DNA of 64,000 nucleotides from Octopus sinensis (taxonomy: Eukaryota): the NCBI RefSeq assembly GCF_006345805.1, contig NC_043012.1, positions 22,754,001 to 22,818,000 of the forward strand, given 5' to 3'. The notes beneath the pieces are model-generated. The model was not told the DNA's origin, searched no databases, and worked only from the letters and a program-made list of their open reading frames with translations. Every line of letters begins with the position of its first letter. Position 1 is the stretch's first letter. The position numbers and the translations under genes were made by a program. This document shows, one piece after another, positions 63,459 to 64,000 of this stretch.

Positions 63459-64000
63459 TACACACACGCACACACACACACAGATATTTACATACATAAG
63501 ATGAAACTGAGAGCTGCAGTGATACACTTTTGTAGTTATGCCTAATTGACCAGGGAAAGTGAAAGCTTGTTTTCTTATTCCCCAACAACCCTACAAATAT
63601 GAAAGGATACTGGAATCAACATAACTTGGTTGATGCAGAGTTAAATTTGTGGAGAGTGGCATTGCAAATATTTGAGCAACCTTTAGAATATAAAGTATAA
63701 ATGGATGTTAAGAATCCTACTCTGCAGCAAACTGAAATATTGCATTGAATAAAATTTATGACTGAAGTGTGTACTTGAAATATTCAATAATGATGGAAAA
63801 TTCAAAATCACATGTTGATAAAAATATATTAAAACTGGAATCTACAAAAATTTTCTAAACAGCCAAGCCTTTAATAATTACATTCTTTTAGTAAAAGTTA
63901 CATAATACCAACTAATTAATAGGCAACTCATTCCATTATGGTATAGAAGTTCCATTGTTAAGCAAGCGCAATACATTAAGAGAGGCAAGAAAACTTCATG

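Noticed and set aside
1-64000. CRISPR arrays, intact tRNA genes, prokaryotic operons
   Set aside because: The tandem arrays have no unique spacers, tRNA-like sequences occur only as SINE heads, and the DNA is eukaryotic.

Overview
AT-rich, microsatellite-dense animal DNA. The repeat families (tRNA-derived SINEs with an internal (TA)n(TG)n tract, RTE LINEs ending in (GAT)n, Penelope-like elements) look like those of Octopus; this is my recognition, not a database result. Most ORF-track entries are translations of microsatellites or repeats. Supported host coding content is small: one clear 157-nt internal exon of WDR4/Trm82 (minus strand, 25726-25882) and three tentative phase-compatible plus-strand exons of an unidentified gene (33.8, 39.2, 47.5 kb). 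The rest is mostly mobile DNA: two Penelope GIY-YIG fragments, RTE fragments (two with a PHD-like Cys cluster in the RT C-terminal region), a deleted mariner, hAT and piggyBac-type MITEs, many SINEs and a 5S rRNA pseudogene. The most interesting signal is non-coding. At least 8 short insertions sit in (TA)n tracts with one architecture: (TA)n - inverted arm - loop - arm - unique extension - (TA)n. Several carry minimal type I hammerhead ribozymes from about 6 sequence families. These include a canonical intact one (54136-54177, minus) and a U3-A8 core covariant present twice inside a 362-bp terminally redundant, retrozyme-like monomer (20340-21002). Activity and circular-RNA formation are inferences that need testing. 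Homopolymer indels suggest possible long-read consensus errors.
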